Source of the DNA: Alphaproteobacteria bacterium
GTDB lineage: Bacteria > Pseudomonadota > Alphaproteobacteria > GCA-2731375
Direction of reading: 5' to 3'
DNA length: 64,000 nucleotides
Assembly: GCA_965225945.1 (NCBI GenBank)
Contig: CBDDBZ010000039.1
Span: 416,001-480,000 of the forward strand
The position numbers and the translations under genes are program-made. The notes beneath the pieces are model-generated. The model worked only from the letters and a program-made list of their open reading frames with translations, searched no databases and was not told the origin of the DNA. Below are positions 1 through 9,359 of this stretch, in pieces (position 1 is the stretch's first letter; each line of letters starts with the position of its first letter).

Positions 1-2
1 AT

Positions 3-317
3 ATCCGCATCAACGGGCGGCGGACCAGCATCAAGCTCGAATCCTCGATGTGGCATGCGCTGGAAGACATCTGTCGACGCACCGACAGCAGCCTCCATGA
101 CGTCTGCTCCACCGTCGAGCGCGAAACGGCGGCCGGGACCTTCACCTCGCGCATGCGGGTCTTCATTCTCGACTACTTTCGCGACGCCGAACGTCGGGCC
201 CGCGGGTGGCCGGGCCGGGTCCGGGCTCGCGATCCGACATCAAGCCCGCCTCCGCCCGCTGCGCCGCCCTCGCCTCATGACGATGGCCTCGGCCACACCC
301 GGACCCGCGTGACCTGA
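3..317 (+). CDS. Ribbon-helix-helix domain protein (RHH_4-like), 5' partial
   Basis: The frame is open from the window edge: IRINGRRTSIKLESSMWHALEDIC...TFTSRMRVFILDYFR, matching the alphaproteobacterial RHH pattern (RTSxxLExxxWxAL...SxxRVF). Confidence 0.75.
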   Translation: MRINGRRTSIKLESSMWHALEDICRRTDSSLHDVCSTVERETAAGTFTSRMRVFILDYFRDAERRARGWPGRVRARDPTSSPPPPAAPPSPHDDGLGHTRTRVT

Positions 318-1549
318 TTGCGCTCGCGCGCCACCACGTCGAAGACGAAGCCCGCGACCTCGAAGCTCTCGCCGACCTCGGGAAGGCGCCTGGCCTCGTG
401 GATCACCAGACCGGCGACGGTCGCCGCCTCCTCGTCCGGCAGGGTCCACTCGGCGAAGCGGTTGAGGTCGCGCACGGTGACCGTGCCCTCGACGACGTAG
501 CCGCCGGCGGGATCGCGGCGAATGGCCCGGGTCGCGACGTCGTCGTGCTCGTCGACGATGTCGCCGACGATTTCCTCCAGGATGTCCTCCAAGGTAACGA
601 GGCCCTGCAGCACGCCGTATTCGTCGACGACCAGCGCGAAGTGGGCGCGGCGCTCGCGAAAGGCGTTCAACTGCTCGATGAGCGAGGTGGTTTCGGGCAC
701 GAACCAGGGCGGTCGCGCCAGCGCGGTAATATCGTCCGAACTCAGCCCCTCGCCGTGGCGATGCAGCGCGGCCAGGAGATCCTTGGCGTGCAGGATGGCG
801 ATGATATTTTCCGGCTCGTAGCGCCAGAGCGGAAATCGCGTGAAGGGGCTTTTGAGAACCTGCTTGACGATTTCGCCCACCGGGCGAGCGGCGTCGATCA
901 TCGTGATCGCGGTGCGATGCACCATGATTTCGTCGACCTGGACGTCGGCTAGATCGAGGATCCCGCCAAGCATGTCCCGATCGGTCTTCGCCATGCGGCC
1001 TTCGCTGATATGCAGATCGACGGCGCCGAGCAACTCCTCGCCCGGGCTGAGCAGCGGAGCGTCGCCGGTGATCTGGACGCCGAAGAGACGCAGGATGGCG
1101 CCGACCATCGCCTGCACCACCCTGACCAGGGGGCCGAACAGCGCCACCGCGGGGCGAATCAACGGCGCCACCACCAGGGCCGAGCGATTGGCGTTGTGAA
1201 GGGCGTAGGTCTTCGGCATCACCTCCGCGAAGATCAGCACCAGGGCGGTCATGATGACGGTGGCATAGGCGACACCGGCATCGCCGAACACCGCGATCAG
1301 CAGGCTGGTGGCCAGCGCCGAGGCGAGGATGTTGACCAGGTTGTTGCCGAGCAGGATGGTGCCGATCAACCGCTCGCGCCGCTCGATCAAGTCGTTCACC
1401 ACTCGGGCGCGACGATTGCCGCGCTTGGCGAGGTGGTGCATCTGCGCCCGCGAGGCCGTGGTCAACGCCGTTTCCGAGCCGGAGAACAGCGCCGAGAGCA
1501 ACAGCAGCACCACGATCAGCGCGAGCCAGAGCAGCAGTTCCCAATTCAT
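275..1549 (-). CDS. HlyC/CorC (CNNM) family Mg/Co transporter with CBS pair
   Basis: N-terminal TM segments with SALFSGSETA and FAEVMPK motifs, CBS motif VVDEYG...VTLEDILEEIVG, C-terminal CorC domain. Start set at MNWELL (1549). Confidence 0.92.
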   Translation of the reverse strand: MNWELLLWLALIVVLLLLSALFSGSETALTTASRAQMHHLAKRGNRRARVVNDLIERRERLIGTILLGNNLVNILASALATSLLIAVFGDAGVAYATVIMTALVLIFAEVMPKTYALHNANRSALVVAPLIRPAVALFGPLVRVVQAMVGAILRLFGVQITGDAPLLSPGEELLGAVDLHISEGRMAKTDRDMLGGILDLADVQVDEIMVHRTAITMIDAARPVGEIVKQVLKSPFTRFPLWRYEPENIIAILHAKDLLAALHRHGEGLSSDDITALARPPWFVPETTSLIEQLNAFRERRAHFALVVDEYGVLQGLVTLEDILEEIVGDIVDEHDDVATRAIRRDPAGGYVVEGTVTVRDLNRFAEWTLPDEEAATVAGLVIHEARRLPEVGESFEVAGFVFDVVARERNQVTRVRVWPRPSS

Positions 1550-1568
1550 CGTCGCCGCACCATCCCCC

Positions 1569-2696
1569 TCATGCCGCCAGCGCCGTCGCCAGAAAGGCCT
1601 CGAACTCGCCCCGATCGACTTCGCGGCTGAGGAAGGCCTCGCCGATGCCACGCGCCAGCACGAAGGCGAGGCGGCCGTCGCGCACCTTCTTGTCCTGGCG
1701 CATGTGCCCGATCAGGCGCGCTAGATCATCGCGGCCGAGGCCGGCGTCCGCCGGCCGCGTCGGCAGCCCCACCGCCCGCAGATGGCCGAGGGCGCGCGTC
1801 GTGTCCTGGCCTGGGCAGTGGCCCAATCGCGTCGAGAAAGCGAAGGCCATCGCCATCCCGATCGCCACCGCCTCGCCGTGCAGCAGGCGGTCGGAGAAGC
1901 CGGTTTCCGCCTCCAGCGCGTGGCCGAAGGTATGGCCGAGGTTCAACAGCGCGCGAAGGCCGCCCTCCCGCTCGTCGGCGCCGACGAAGCCGGCCTTGGC
2001 ACGGCAGCTCGTCTCCACCGCCCGGGCGCGGAGCGCCGCGTCGCCCGCCAGCAGATCGGCGCCGTGGCCCTCCAGCCATTCGAAGAACTCGGAATCGCCC
2101 AGCAGCCCATACTTCACGACCTCCGCGTAGCCGGCCAGGAGTTCGCGCCGGGGCAAGCTCTCCAGCAAGGCGACGTCGGCCAGCACCATGCGTGGTTGGT
2201 GAAAGCCGCCGATCAGGTTCTTGCCCCGCTTGGCGTTGATCGCGGTCTTGCCGCCGACCGCGCTGTCGACCTGGGCCAGCAACGTGGTCGGAATTTGCAC
2301 GAAGTCGATGCCGCGGCGCAGCACGCTCGCGGCGAAGCCGGCGATGTCGCCGATCACTCCACCGCCGAAGGCCACCAAGGCGTCGTCGCGGGCGATTTCC
2401 AACTCGATCAATCGGTCCAACAAGCTCTCGAGCTGGGCGAAGCTCTTGGTCGTCTCGCCCGGCGGCAGCAGGATCGTCTCGGCCTCGACGCCGCCTGCCG
2501 CGAGGCCGGCCAGGAGTGCATCGAGATAGAGCGCGGCGACGCTCTCGTCGGTAACGACGGCGACGCGGCGGTGGCGCAGTACCGGGGCGATCAAGTCGCC
2601 CGCCCGCGCCAACAACCCGGTGCCGATGACGATGTCGTAGGAGCGCTCGGCGAGCTCGACGCGGAGACGGCTGGCCTCGGCGCCCACCTCGCTCAT
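1569..2696 (-). CDS. aroB: 3-dehydroquinate synthase
   Basis: GGGVIGD, PTTLLAQVDSAVGGKT, GKNLIG, LNLGHTFGHALE and LLHGEAV motifs. ATGA overlap with aroK. Confidence 0.97.
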   Translation of the reverse strand: MSEVGAEASRLRVELAERSYDIVIGTGLLARAGDLIAPVLRHRRVAVVTDESVAALYLDALLAGLAAGGVEAETILLPPGETTKSFAQLESLLDRLIELEIARDDALVAFGGGVIGDIAGFAASVLRRGIDFVQIPTTLLAQVDSAVGGKTAINAKRGKNLIGGFHQPRMVLADVALLESLPRRELLAGYAEVVKYGLLGDSEFFEWLEGHGADLLAGDAALRARAVETSCRAKAGFVGADEREGGLRALLNLGHTFGHALEAETGFSDRLLHGEAVAIGMAMAFAFSTRLGHCPGQDTTRALGHLRAVGLPTRPADAGLGRDDLARLIGHMRQDKKVRDGRLAFVLARGIGEAFLSREVDRGEFEAFLATALAA

Positions 2697-3265
2697 CGCA
2701 GGTCCACCCGATGGCTCTGGGCGGCGGCGAGCCCGCGTTCGCGCAGGGCTTTGATGACGGCCTCCACCACCTTTTCGTGCGGGCCGTCGGCGCTGTCGAC
2801 GACAACGTCCGCCTCGCCGTAGATCGGGTAACGCTGTTCCATCAAGCGGGCCATTGTCTTCTCCGGGTCGCCCTGCTGCAACAGCGGGCGATCGTGGCGC
2901 CGGCGAACCCGCTTCATCAAGGTCTCCAGATTGGCGCGGAGCCAAACCGAAATTGCGGCGGCGCGTACCGCCTCGCGGGTTCGCGCGCTCATGAAGGCGC
3001 CGCCGCCCGTCGCCACGACCCGTTCCGGGCCTTGCAGCAGGCGAGCGATCACCCGCTCCTCGCCCTGGCGGAACTCGGCCTCGCCGAAGCGCTGGAAGAT
3101 GTCCTCGATGGTGCAGCCGGCGGCGGCCTCTATCTCGTCGTCAGCGTCGACGAAGGGCAAGCCGAGGCGCTGGGCCAGACGTCGGCCGATCGCGCTCTTG
3201 CCGGATCCCATGATGCCGACCAGCACGATCGATCGGTCGATGGAGTCAGGAGGGGAATGGCTCAT
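2693..3265 (-). CDS. aroK: Shikimate kinase
   Basis: Walker A GIMGSGKS, FVDAD, GEAEFR and ATGGG motifs. Adjacent to aroB. Confidence 0.96.
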   Translation of the reverse strand: MSHSPPDSIDRSIVLVGIMGSGKSAIGRRLAQRLGLPFVDADDEIEAAAGCTIEDIFQRFGEAEFRQGEERVIARLLQGPERVVATGGGAFMSARTREAVRAAAISVWLRANLETLMKRVRRRHDRPLLQQGDPEKTMARLMEQRYPIYGEADVVVDSADGPHEKVVEAVIKALRERGLAAAQSHRVDLR

Positions 3266-3291
3266 CGGCGGCGGAAGTCGAATGATTCGCT

Positions 3292-3359
3292 ATATTGCGG
3301 CAATGCCACGACGCCAGCCGTTGTCATATTGCGGCAATGCCACGACGCCAGCCGTTGTC
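3292..3359. repeat. Perfect tandem duplication of a 34-bp unit
   Basis: ATATTGCGGCAATGCCACGACGCCAGCCGTTGTC occurs at 3292-3325 and 3326-3359. Confidence 0.95.
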
Positions 3360-3532
3360 AGGTCGGGTGTCGAGGGATAGACTGCCCAAATTCCGCCATG
3401 ATTTCAATCTATTCGATCAGGTGATCGGCGTTTCGTGACGAGGGCGGCGCGGAAGGGGATAAGCGAGCCGTCGATCGGATGGAATTCCACGGTCGCGCGC
3501 CTCGAAACGGGGGAGACGGCGTCTCGAGGGCG

Positions 3533-3673
3533 ATGAAGAGAATCTGGCTGGCCGCGATTTTGATCATTGTCTTCGCCCTCGCCGGCCTGGCGGTGTTCAT
3601 GACCTTTTGGGACATTCCGCCACCGACGGCTCCGGTCGAGGTGGAGATACCCAATGACCGCTTCCCGAAATAG
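3533..3673 (+). CDS. Small single-pass membrane protein (46 aa)
   Basis: MKRIWLAAILIIVFALAGLAVFMTFWDIPPPTAPVEVEIPNDRFPK. GAGGG RBS-like sequence upstream, overlaps the next gene. Confidence 0.7.
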   Translation: MKRIWLAAILIIVFALAGLAVFMTFWDIPPPTAPVEVEIPNDRFPK

Positions 3674-5534
3674 AGCTTGGACGGCGGGCTGGGCGGCGCG
3701 CTTGGGCGCGGCGGCGCCGATGGCCGTCGTGCTCGCCCTCGCGCTGAGCGCGATCGCCGCCCAGGTCGCCTCGGCCCAGCAGGGCGAGCGGCGCCTCGGC
3801 GCGCCGGTGCAGCTTCACCCGAACCAACCGCGGGAGGCCGGGCCGCGGACGCCGAGCCGAGCCGAGACGCCGAGAAAGCCCGCCGGCGCCGGCCTGGAGG
3901 CTCGACGCCTGCCCGGTCGCGCCGTCGAGGGGACGCGAGTCCCCGAGGGAATCCATGTCGATCGGTTGCGCGCCGTGGATCCGGCCTCGGTCGGCCTGCT
4001 GGGGGAAGGCGAAGGCGGTCTCGGACCCGACATGTGGGCCGGCAGCCGTCTCGACGTCGTCGTCGCCCTGTTGGCCCGCCTGCCGATGGACGGCAACTCG
4101 CCGGTGACCCACGACCTCGCCCGTCGACTGTTGTTGACCAGCGCGCGCGTGCCCAAGGGGCCGAAATCCGACGCTCCGAGCCTGCTGACGGTCCGCCTGG
4201 ATCGGCTGGCCGCCGCCGGGCGAGCGGAAGAGATCGCCGCACTGCTGCGCCGCGCGCCCCAGGCGTTGGCGGCGCCCGCGCTGAACCGGGCGCGCCTCGA
4301 CGGCCTGTGGCTCGGCGGCGATCACGACGGCGCTTGCACCCTCGCGCTCGCCATGGTCGAGCGCTCCAACGCGCCGATCTGGTTGAAGTCGGCGGCGTTT
4401 TGCCACGCGCTCGCCGGCGACGTCGACCGCGTCGCCCTCTATGAGGAGCTGCTGCTGGAGACGGAACACCAGGACGAGGCCTTCCATGCCCTGCTCGGCG
4501 CCGCGAGCGGGCGGGGCGGAAAGCCGCTCGCCAGCCTGCCGGCGCCGGAGCCGCTGCACGTGGCGATGCTCCGCGCCAACAACTGGCCGGTGCCGGTGGA
4601 CGCCATGGCCGGCGCGTCGCCGAGCGTCGCCCGTCATCTGGTCGATAGCGAGAACGTGCCGGAGGGGTTGCGCCTCGAGGCGGCGGAACGGGCCGCCGAG
4701 AGCCGGGTGCTGCCGATCTCGCGCCTGCGCGAGCTGTACGCATTGGCCGAGTTCGGCGCGGTCGAACGGCGCGATGCGGCCGCTTGGGCACGAAAAAACC
4801 CGGGCGCCCGCGCCGACGCGCTGCTCTATCAGACCGCGCGGGCCAGAAAGCGGCCGATCGACCGGGCCGAAATGCTGGCCGCCGCGCTGGCCGCGGCACG
4901 GGCGGCGGACCGCTACATCGTCGTCGCCCGCGCCAACAAGACCGCGCTCGAGACGCTCCGACCGGTGCCGGGGCTGCTCGGCTTCACGGCGGAAGCCGGC
5001 CGGGCGTTGCTCGCCTGTGGCGAGCCGGAACTGGCGCTCCAATGGTATCGGATGGTCGAGCGAGGCGGCGACGCCGAGCGCGAGGCGGCGTGGCGGGCGC
5101 TCTGGCCGCTGCTGCTGGTCGCCGACGCGCGGGCGCGACTGCCGCTGGATCCCGCGCGCTTCAAAGCCTGGTGGCGCGATTCCTCGAAAGCGTCGACGCC
5201 TGAACATGCGCGCCGGGCCGGTCTGCTCTTGACGGTGCTGGAAGCATTGGGGCACACCGTGCCCGAGGAGACGTGGTCGCTGCTCTACGCCCGGGCGGGA
5301 CGGACGGCGGAGGCGACCTCCTCGCCGGCCCTGCTTAGGGGGTTGGCGCGCGCGGCCGAGTCCGGACGCCGGGGCGAGACGGTACTGCTCGCGCTGCTGA
5401 GCCTGGGCCGGGCCGGGCCAGGCGGCGCCAGTGCGACGACGCTCGCGGCGGTGATCCGGGCGCTCGGACGACTGGGCTTCGAGGCCGAGGCGCGCGCCGT
5501 CGCCCTGGAGGCGATGCTGGCGCAAGAATTTTGA
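3654..5534 (+). CDS. Large Ala/Leu-rich exported hypothetical protein upstream of xerD
   Basis: 626-aa ORF with signal-peptide-like N-terminus (VVLALALSAIAAQVASA), GLGPDMWAGS motif and a helical-repeat-like body. Start uncertain. Confidence 0.75.
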   Translation: MTASRNRAWTAGWAARLGAAAPMAVVLALALSAIAAQVASAQQGERRLGAPVQLHPNQPREAGPRTPSRAETPRKPAGAGLEARRLPGRAVEGTRVPEGIHVDRLRAVDPASVGLLGEGEGGLGPDMWAGSRLDVVVALLARLPMDGNSPVTHDLARRLLLTSARVPKGPKSDAPSLLTVRLDRLAAAGRAEEIAALLRRAPQALAAPALNRARLDGLWLGGDHDGACTLALAMVERSNAPIWLKSAAFCHALAGDVDRVALYEELLLETEHQDEAFHALLGAASGRGGKPLASLPAPEPLHVAMLRANNWPVPVDAMAGASPSVARHLVDSENVPEGLRLEAAERAAESRVLPISRLRELYALAEFGAVERRDAAAWARKNPGARADALLYQTARARKRPIDRAEMLAAALAAARAADRYIVVARANKTALETLRPVPGLLGFTAEAGRALLACGEPELALQWYRMVERGGDAEREAAWRALWPLLLVADARARLPLDPARFKAWWRDSSKASTPEHARRAGLLLTVLEALGHTVPEETWSLLYARAGRTAEATSSPALLRGLARAAESGRRGETVLLALLSLGRAGPGGASATTLAAVIRALGRLGFEAEARAVALEAMLAQEF

Positions 5535-5562
5535 GCCCGACGGCTCGGAGGTAAAAATTGCG

Positions 5563-6462
5563 ATGAGCCCGAGCGCGGAAGGTTGGATCGAGGCGTTCCT
5601 GGAGATGCTGGCGGCCGAGCGCGGCGCGGCGGTCAACACCATACTCGCCTATAGCCGCGACCTCGCCGATTTCACTGGCCATCTCGGGGGCGATATCACG
5701 CGAGCCGAGAAAGAGGATATTCGCGCCTATCTCGCCAAGCTCCGGGAGAGCGGCAAGGCGACCTCGACGGCGGCGAGACGGCTCTCGGCGCTGCGCCAGT
5801 TCTATCGCTTCCTGCATGGCGAGGGCGCGAGAGTCGACGATCCCACGGCGGGGATCGACGGCCCCAAGCGCGGCCGGCCGTTGCCCAAGATCCTGAGCGT
5901 GCAAGAGGTCGAGCGCCTGCTGGAGGCGGCGCGCGACTATCCCGGACCCGAGGGCGTGCGCTTCGTGGCGCTGATGGAGATCCTCTACGCCACCGGCCTC
6001 AGGGTGAGCGAACTGGTCTCGCTGCCCTATCCGGCGGCGACGCCCGAGCGGCCCTTCCTGGTGATCCGAGGCAAGGGCGGGCGCGAGCGGATGGTCCCGT
6101 TGAGCGAGCCGGCCAAGGCCGCGCTCGAGGTCTACGAGGGCGTGCGGAATCGCTTTATGAAACGCCTTGCCGACGCTAAGTGGCTATTCCCCTCCCGGTC
6201 CAAGGGCGGTCACTTGACGCGTCAGCGCTTCGCCCAGTTGATTGGCGAGTTGGCGCTGCGCGCCGGCGTCGACCGGCGCCGGGTTTCGCCCCACGGCCTC
6301 AGGCATGCCTTCGCCAGCCACCTGCTGGCGGGCGGCGCCGATCTCCGCTCGCTGCAGCAGATGCTGGGCCATGCCGACATCTCGACGACGCAGATCTACA
6401 CCCATGTCCTGGAGGAGCGCTTGCGCGCGCTCGTCGAGGAACACCACCCACTCGCCCGCTAG
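5563..6462 (+). CDS. xerD: Site-specific tyrosine recombinase XerD
   Basis: LYATGLRVSELV, GKGGRERMVP, SPHGLRHAFASHLL and LGHADISTTQIYTHV catalytic motifs. Typical chromosomal context next to aroK. Confidence 0.93.
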   Translation: MSPSAEGWIEAFLEMLAAERGAAVNTILAYSRDLADFTGHLGGDITRAEKEDIRAYLAKLRESGKATSTAARRLSALRQFYRFLHGEGARVDDPTAGIDGPKRGRPLPKILSVQEVERLLEAARDYPGPEGVRFVALMEILYATGLRVSELVSLPYPAATPERPFLVIRGKGGRERMVPLSEPAKAALEVYEGVRNRFMKRLADAKWLFPSRSKGGHLTRQRFAQLIGELALRAGVDRRRVSPHGLRHAFASHLLAGGADLRSLQQMLGHADISTTQIYTHVLEERLRALVEEHHPLAR

Positions 6463-6512
6463 AAGGGCGCCGCCCCGCCGCGCGCTTCGCCCCCGAGTCG
6501 CCCGGAGCCATC

Positions 6513-7334
6513 ATGCCCCTCGATATCGCGCCCGCGGTTCTGAGCTATCCCGAGATCGATCCCGTGCTGATCTGGATCGGGCCGATCGCGATCCGCTGGT
6601 ACGCGCTCGCCTATGCGGCGGGACTGTTCCTCGGCTGGCGCTACGTGCTGGAGCTGAACCGGCGCCGCGCGCGCGTGACGGACGATCGCGGCGTCGACGA
6701 CCTGCTGCTGTGGATGACGCTGGGCGTGGTGGCGGGCGGGCGGCTCGGCTATGTGGCGTTCTACAAGCCGGGTTACTATCTCGACAATCCACTCGAAGCG
6801 ATCCAAGTCTGGCAGGGTGGCATGTCGTTCCACGGCGGCCTCTTGGGCGTCGCCGTGGCCCTCTGGCTGTTCGCCCGGCGGCGCCGGATCGCGCCGCTTC
6901 GGCTGGCCGATCTGGTCATGCCGGCGGTGCCGATCGGGCTCTTCTTCGGACGTCTGGCCAATTTCATCAACGGCGAACTGCACGGCCGGGCGAGCGACCT
7001 GCCCTGGGCCATGGTGTTTCCCCAGGGCGGACCGGTGCCGCGCCATCCGAGCCAGCTCTACGAGGCGGCGTTGGAGGGCCTGCTGCTCTTTCTCCTGCTC
7101 TCCTGGCTGGCCTGGCGCACCAGGCTATTTGAACGCCCCGGCCTGGCGACGGGTATTTTCCTGATCGGCTATGCGCTCGGCAGGACCGTCGTCGAGCTGG
7201 CACGCGAGCCGGACGCCCATCTCGGCCTGCTGCTCGCCGGCACGACGATGGGGCAGTTACTGTCGCTGCCGATGCTGCTCGCCGGTCTCTGGCTGGTGTG
7301 GCATGCCCGGCGCGGCGGCGCGGCGACGCCGTGA
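6513..7334 (+). CDS. lgt: Prolipoprotein diacylglyceryl transferase
   Basis: IRWYALAY, GGRLGYV, GGMSFHGG, GRLANFINGEL and HPSQLYEA motifs. Confidence 0.96.
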   Translation: MPLDIAPAVLSYPEIDPVLIWIGPIAIRWYALAYAAGLFLGWRYVLELNRRRARVTDDRGVDDLLLWMTLGVVAGGRLGYVAFYKPGYYLDNPLEAIQVWQGGMSFHGGLLGVAVALWLFARRRRIAPLRLADLVMPAVPIGLFFGRLANFINGELHGRASDLPWAMVFPQGGPVPRHPSQLYEAALEGLLLFLLLSWLAWRTRLFERPGLATGIFLIGYALGRTVVELAREPDAHLGLLLAGTTMGQLLSLPMLLAGLWLVWHARRGGAATP

Positions 7335-8416
7335 GTGGTGCCGCGGAAAGCCTGCGTCGACTGATCGCCCATCAGGGGCCGATCCCCGTCTCCCGCTTCA
7401 TGGCGGAAGCGATGGCGCATCCCGAGCACGGCTATTACGTCAGGGGGGAGCCGATCGGCGCGCTGGGCGATTTCGTCACCGCGCCCGAGATTTCACAGAT
7501 GTTCGGCGAGCTGATCGGCCTCTGGCTGGTGGACGTCTGGCGCCGCGCCGGGGCGCCGGCGCCGGTCCGCCTGGTCGAGCTGGGCCCGGGGCGGGGCACG
7601 CTGCTGGCGGACGCGCTTCGCGCCGCGCGGGTCGCGCCGGACTTCGCCGCCGCGATTCGGCTGCATCTGGTGGAGATCAACCGAAGCCTCAGGGAGCTGC
7701 AGGCGCGCGTGCTGGCGGCCCACCGGCCGCGCTGGCACGCGCGCCTCGAGGAGGTGCCGGCGGGCCCCATCCTGCTGGTCGCCAACGAATTTCTCGACGC
7801 ACTTCCGGTGCGCCAGTTCCAGCGCGGTGCCAGGGGTTGGCACGAACGCATGGTGGTGGCGAGCGAGGACGGGTTCGAATTTCGCCTCTCGCCGGAAAGC
7901 GTGCCGCCGAGCCTGGCGCCCGCCGCCTTCGAGGCGACGGAGGAGGGCGCGATCGTCGAGCGCGGACCGGCGCGCGACGCGCTGGTGGCCGAGCTCGCCG
8001 GCCGGATCGCGGAGGCCGGCGGCGGCGCCCTGCTGATCGACTATGGCCCCGAGACGGGGCCACCCGGCGACACGCTCAGAGCGGTGAAGGCGCACCGGCC
8101 GCAGGCGGTGTTGGGTGAGGTTGGCGCCGCGGACCTGAGCGCCGACGTGGATTTCCACGCCCTGGCGGCGGCGGCGCGGGCGGCCGGCGCGGCGGCACAT
8201 GGACCGGTGAGGCAGGGCGACTTGCTGCGGGCGCTGGGAATCGAGGCGCGGGCGGCGCGGCTCGCCGCCGCTTCCGACGGGCAAGGTGCTGCGGGGATCG
8301 CCGAGGCGCGAGATCGGCTTTGCGAACCTGGGGGCATGGGGCGGCGCTTCAAGGCGCTGGCGATCACCGCCGCCGACGGCCCGGTCCCCGCCGGTTTCGA
8401 GGCCAGGGCGAAATGA
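7331..8416 (+). CDS. MidA/NDUFAF7-like SAM-dependent methyltransferase
   Basis: GYY...GDFVTAPEISQMFGE, VELGPGRGTL, ANEFLDALP, IDYG and DLSADVDF motifs. GTG start overlaps the lgt stop. Confidence 0.9.
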   Translation: MSGAAESLRRLIAHQGPIPVSRFMAEAMAHPEHGYYVRGEPIGALGDFVTAPEISQMFGELIGLWLVDVWRRAGAPAPVRLVELGPGRGTLLADALRAARVAPDFAAAIRLHLVEINRSLRELQARVLAAHRPRWHARLEEVPAGPILLVANEFLDALPVRQFQRGARGWHERMVVASEDGFEFRLSPESVPPSLAPAAFEATEEGAIVERGPARDALVAELAGRIAEAGGGALLIDYGPETGPPGDTLRAVKAHRPQAVLGEVGAADLSADVDFHALAAAARAAGAAAHGPVRQGDLLRALGIEARAARLAAASDGQGAAGIAEARDRLCEPGGMGRRFKALAITAADGPVPAGFEARAK

Positions 8417-9204
8417 CGCCGAGCCCCCTCCAGGCCCCCGGCCTCGCTGCCCTGGACGGCATCCGTCACGGCTTCTTCACCCGTCGCGGCGGGGTCAGCC
8501 GGGCACTCTATGCCGACCTCAATTGCGGCTTCGGTTCGGGTGACGATCCGGGCGCGGTTGATGAGAACCGCCGCCGGGTTGCGCGGGCGATCGGCGCCGA
8601 GGTCGCACTCGACACGGTGCACCAAGTGCACGGCACGAAGGTGGCGCGGGCGGTGGGACCCTGGCCCGGGGGCGGCTCGCCCCGGGCCGACGCCATGGTC
8701 TCCACCACGCCCGGCGTGGCCCTCGGCGTTCTAGCGGCCGACTGCGCGCCGATCCTTCTCGCCGATCCCGCCGCCGGCGTCGTCGGCGCCGTGCACGCCG
8801 GCTGGAAGGGCGCGCTCGCCGGCGTCACCGACGCGACGCTTCGGGCGATGGTCGCCCTTCTCGCCCGGCCCGAGCGCATCCGCGCCGCCGTCGGCCCTTG
8901 CATCGCCCAGGCGAGCTACGAGGTCGGGCCGGAACTCCGCGCGCAATTCCTCGACCACTCGCCCGACAACCGGCACTTCTTCCACGCCGGGCAACGCGAC
9001 GGCCACCACCATTTCGACCTTCCGGGCTACCTCGAGCATCGGCTTCGCCGGGCCGGCGTCGGCGCGGTCGAACGGCTGGACCGCGATAGCTACGCCGAAC
9101 CGGAGGACTTCTACAGCTATCGCCGGGCGACGCATCGGGGCGAGGCGGACTATGGTCGCGCCATTTCGGTAATCATGCTGGCTGGCGAGGGGCAGGGCGC
9201 CTAG
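8413..9204 (+). CDS. pgeF: Peptidoglycan editing factor PgeF / YfiH-family nucleoside phosphorylase
   Basis: HGFFTRRGGVS, QVHG, ADCAPILL, HAGWKG and FYSYRR motifs. Confidence 0.92.
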   Translation: MTPSPLQAPGLAALDGIRHGFFTRRGGVSRALYADLNCGFGSGDDPGAVDENRRRVARAIGAEVALDTVHQVHGTKVARAVGPWPGGGSPRADAMVSTTPGVALGVLAADCAPILLADPAAGVVGAVHAGWKGALAGVTDATLRAMVALLARPERIRAAVGPCIAQASYEVGPELRAQFLDHSPDNRHFFHAGQRDGHHHFDLPGYLEHRLRRAGVGAVERLDRDSYAEPEDFYSYRRATHRGEADYGRAISVIMLAGEGQGA

Positions 9205-9270
9205 ATGCCCTACATGATCATCTTCACGGTGCTGCTTCTGGTCGGGCTTCTCGCCACTTGTTTTTTCTGA
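9205..9270 (+). CDS. Putative 21-aa hydrophobic small protein
   Basis: ATG directly follows the pgeF stop. MPYMIIFTVLLLVGLLATCFF, mostly GC3-rich codons. Below the ORF-track cut-off. Confidence 0.4.
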   Translation: MPYMIIFTVLLLVGLLATCFF

Positions 9271-9359
9271 CGAACCGGCGCCGGCGGTTTGCCGCGACGC
9301 CGATGAGCCCCCTATGCTCCCCATGGTCCGAGGTAATTCCCCGAGAGGAGAGAGCGAGC

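Noticed and set aside
195-317. Pro-rich RHH tail overlapping the convergent corC end
   Set aside because: Short convergent overlaps and low-complexity tails are common in high-GC genomes.
3292-3359. 34-bp repeat as a CRISPR array or sigma54 promoter
   Set aside because: The two units are directly adjacent with no spacer and there are no cas genes. The TGGC...TTGC spacing on the minus strand is 9 nt rather than the required 7.
5563-6462. Tyrosine recombinase as a prophage or island integrase
   Set aside because: Size, motifs and the aroK-linked context fit housekeeping XerD, and no att sites or phage genes were seen.
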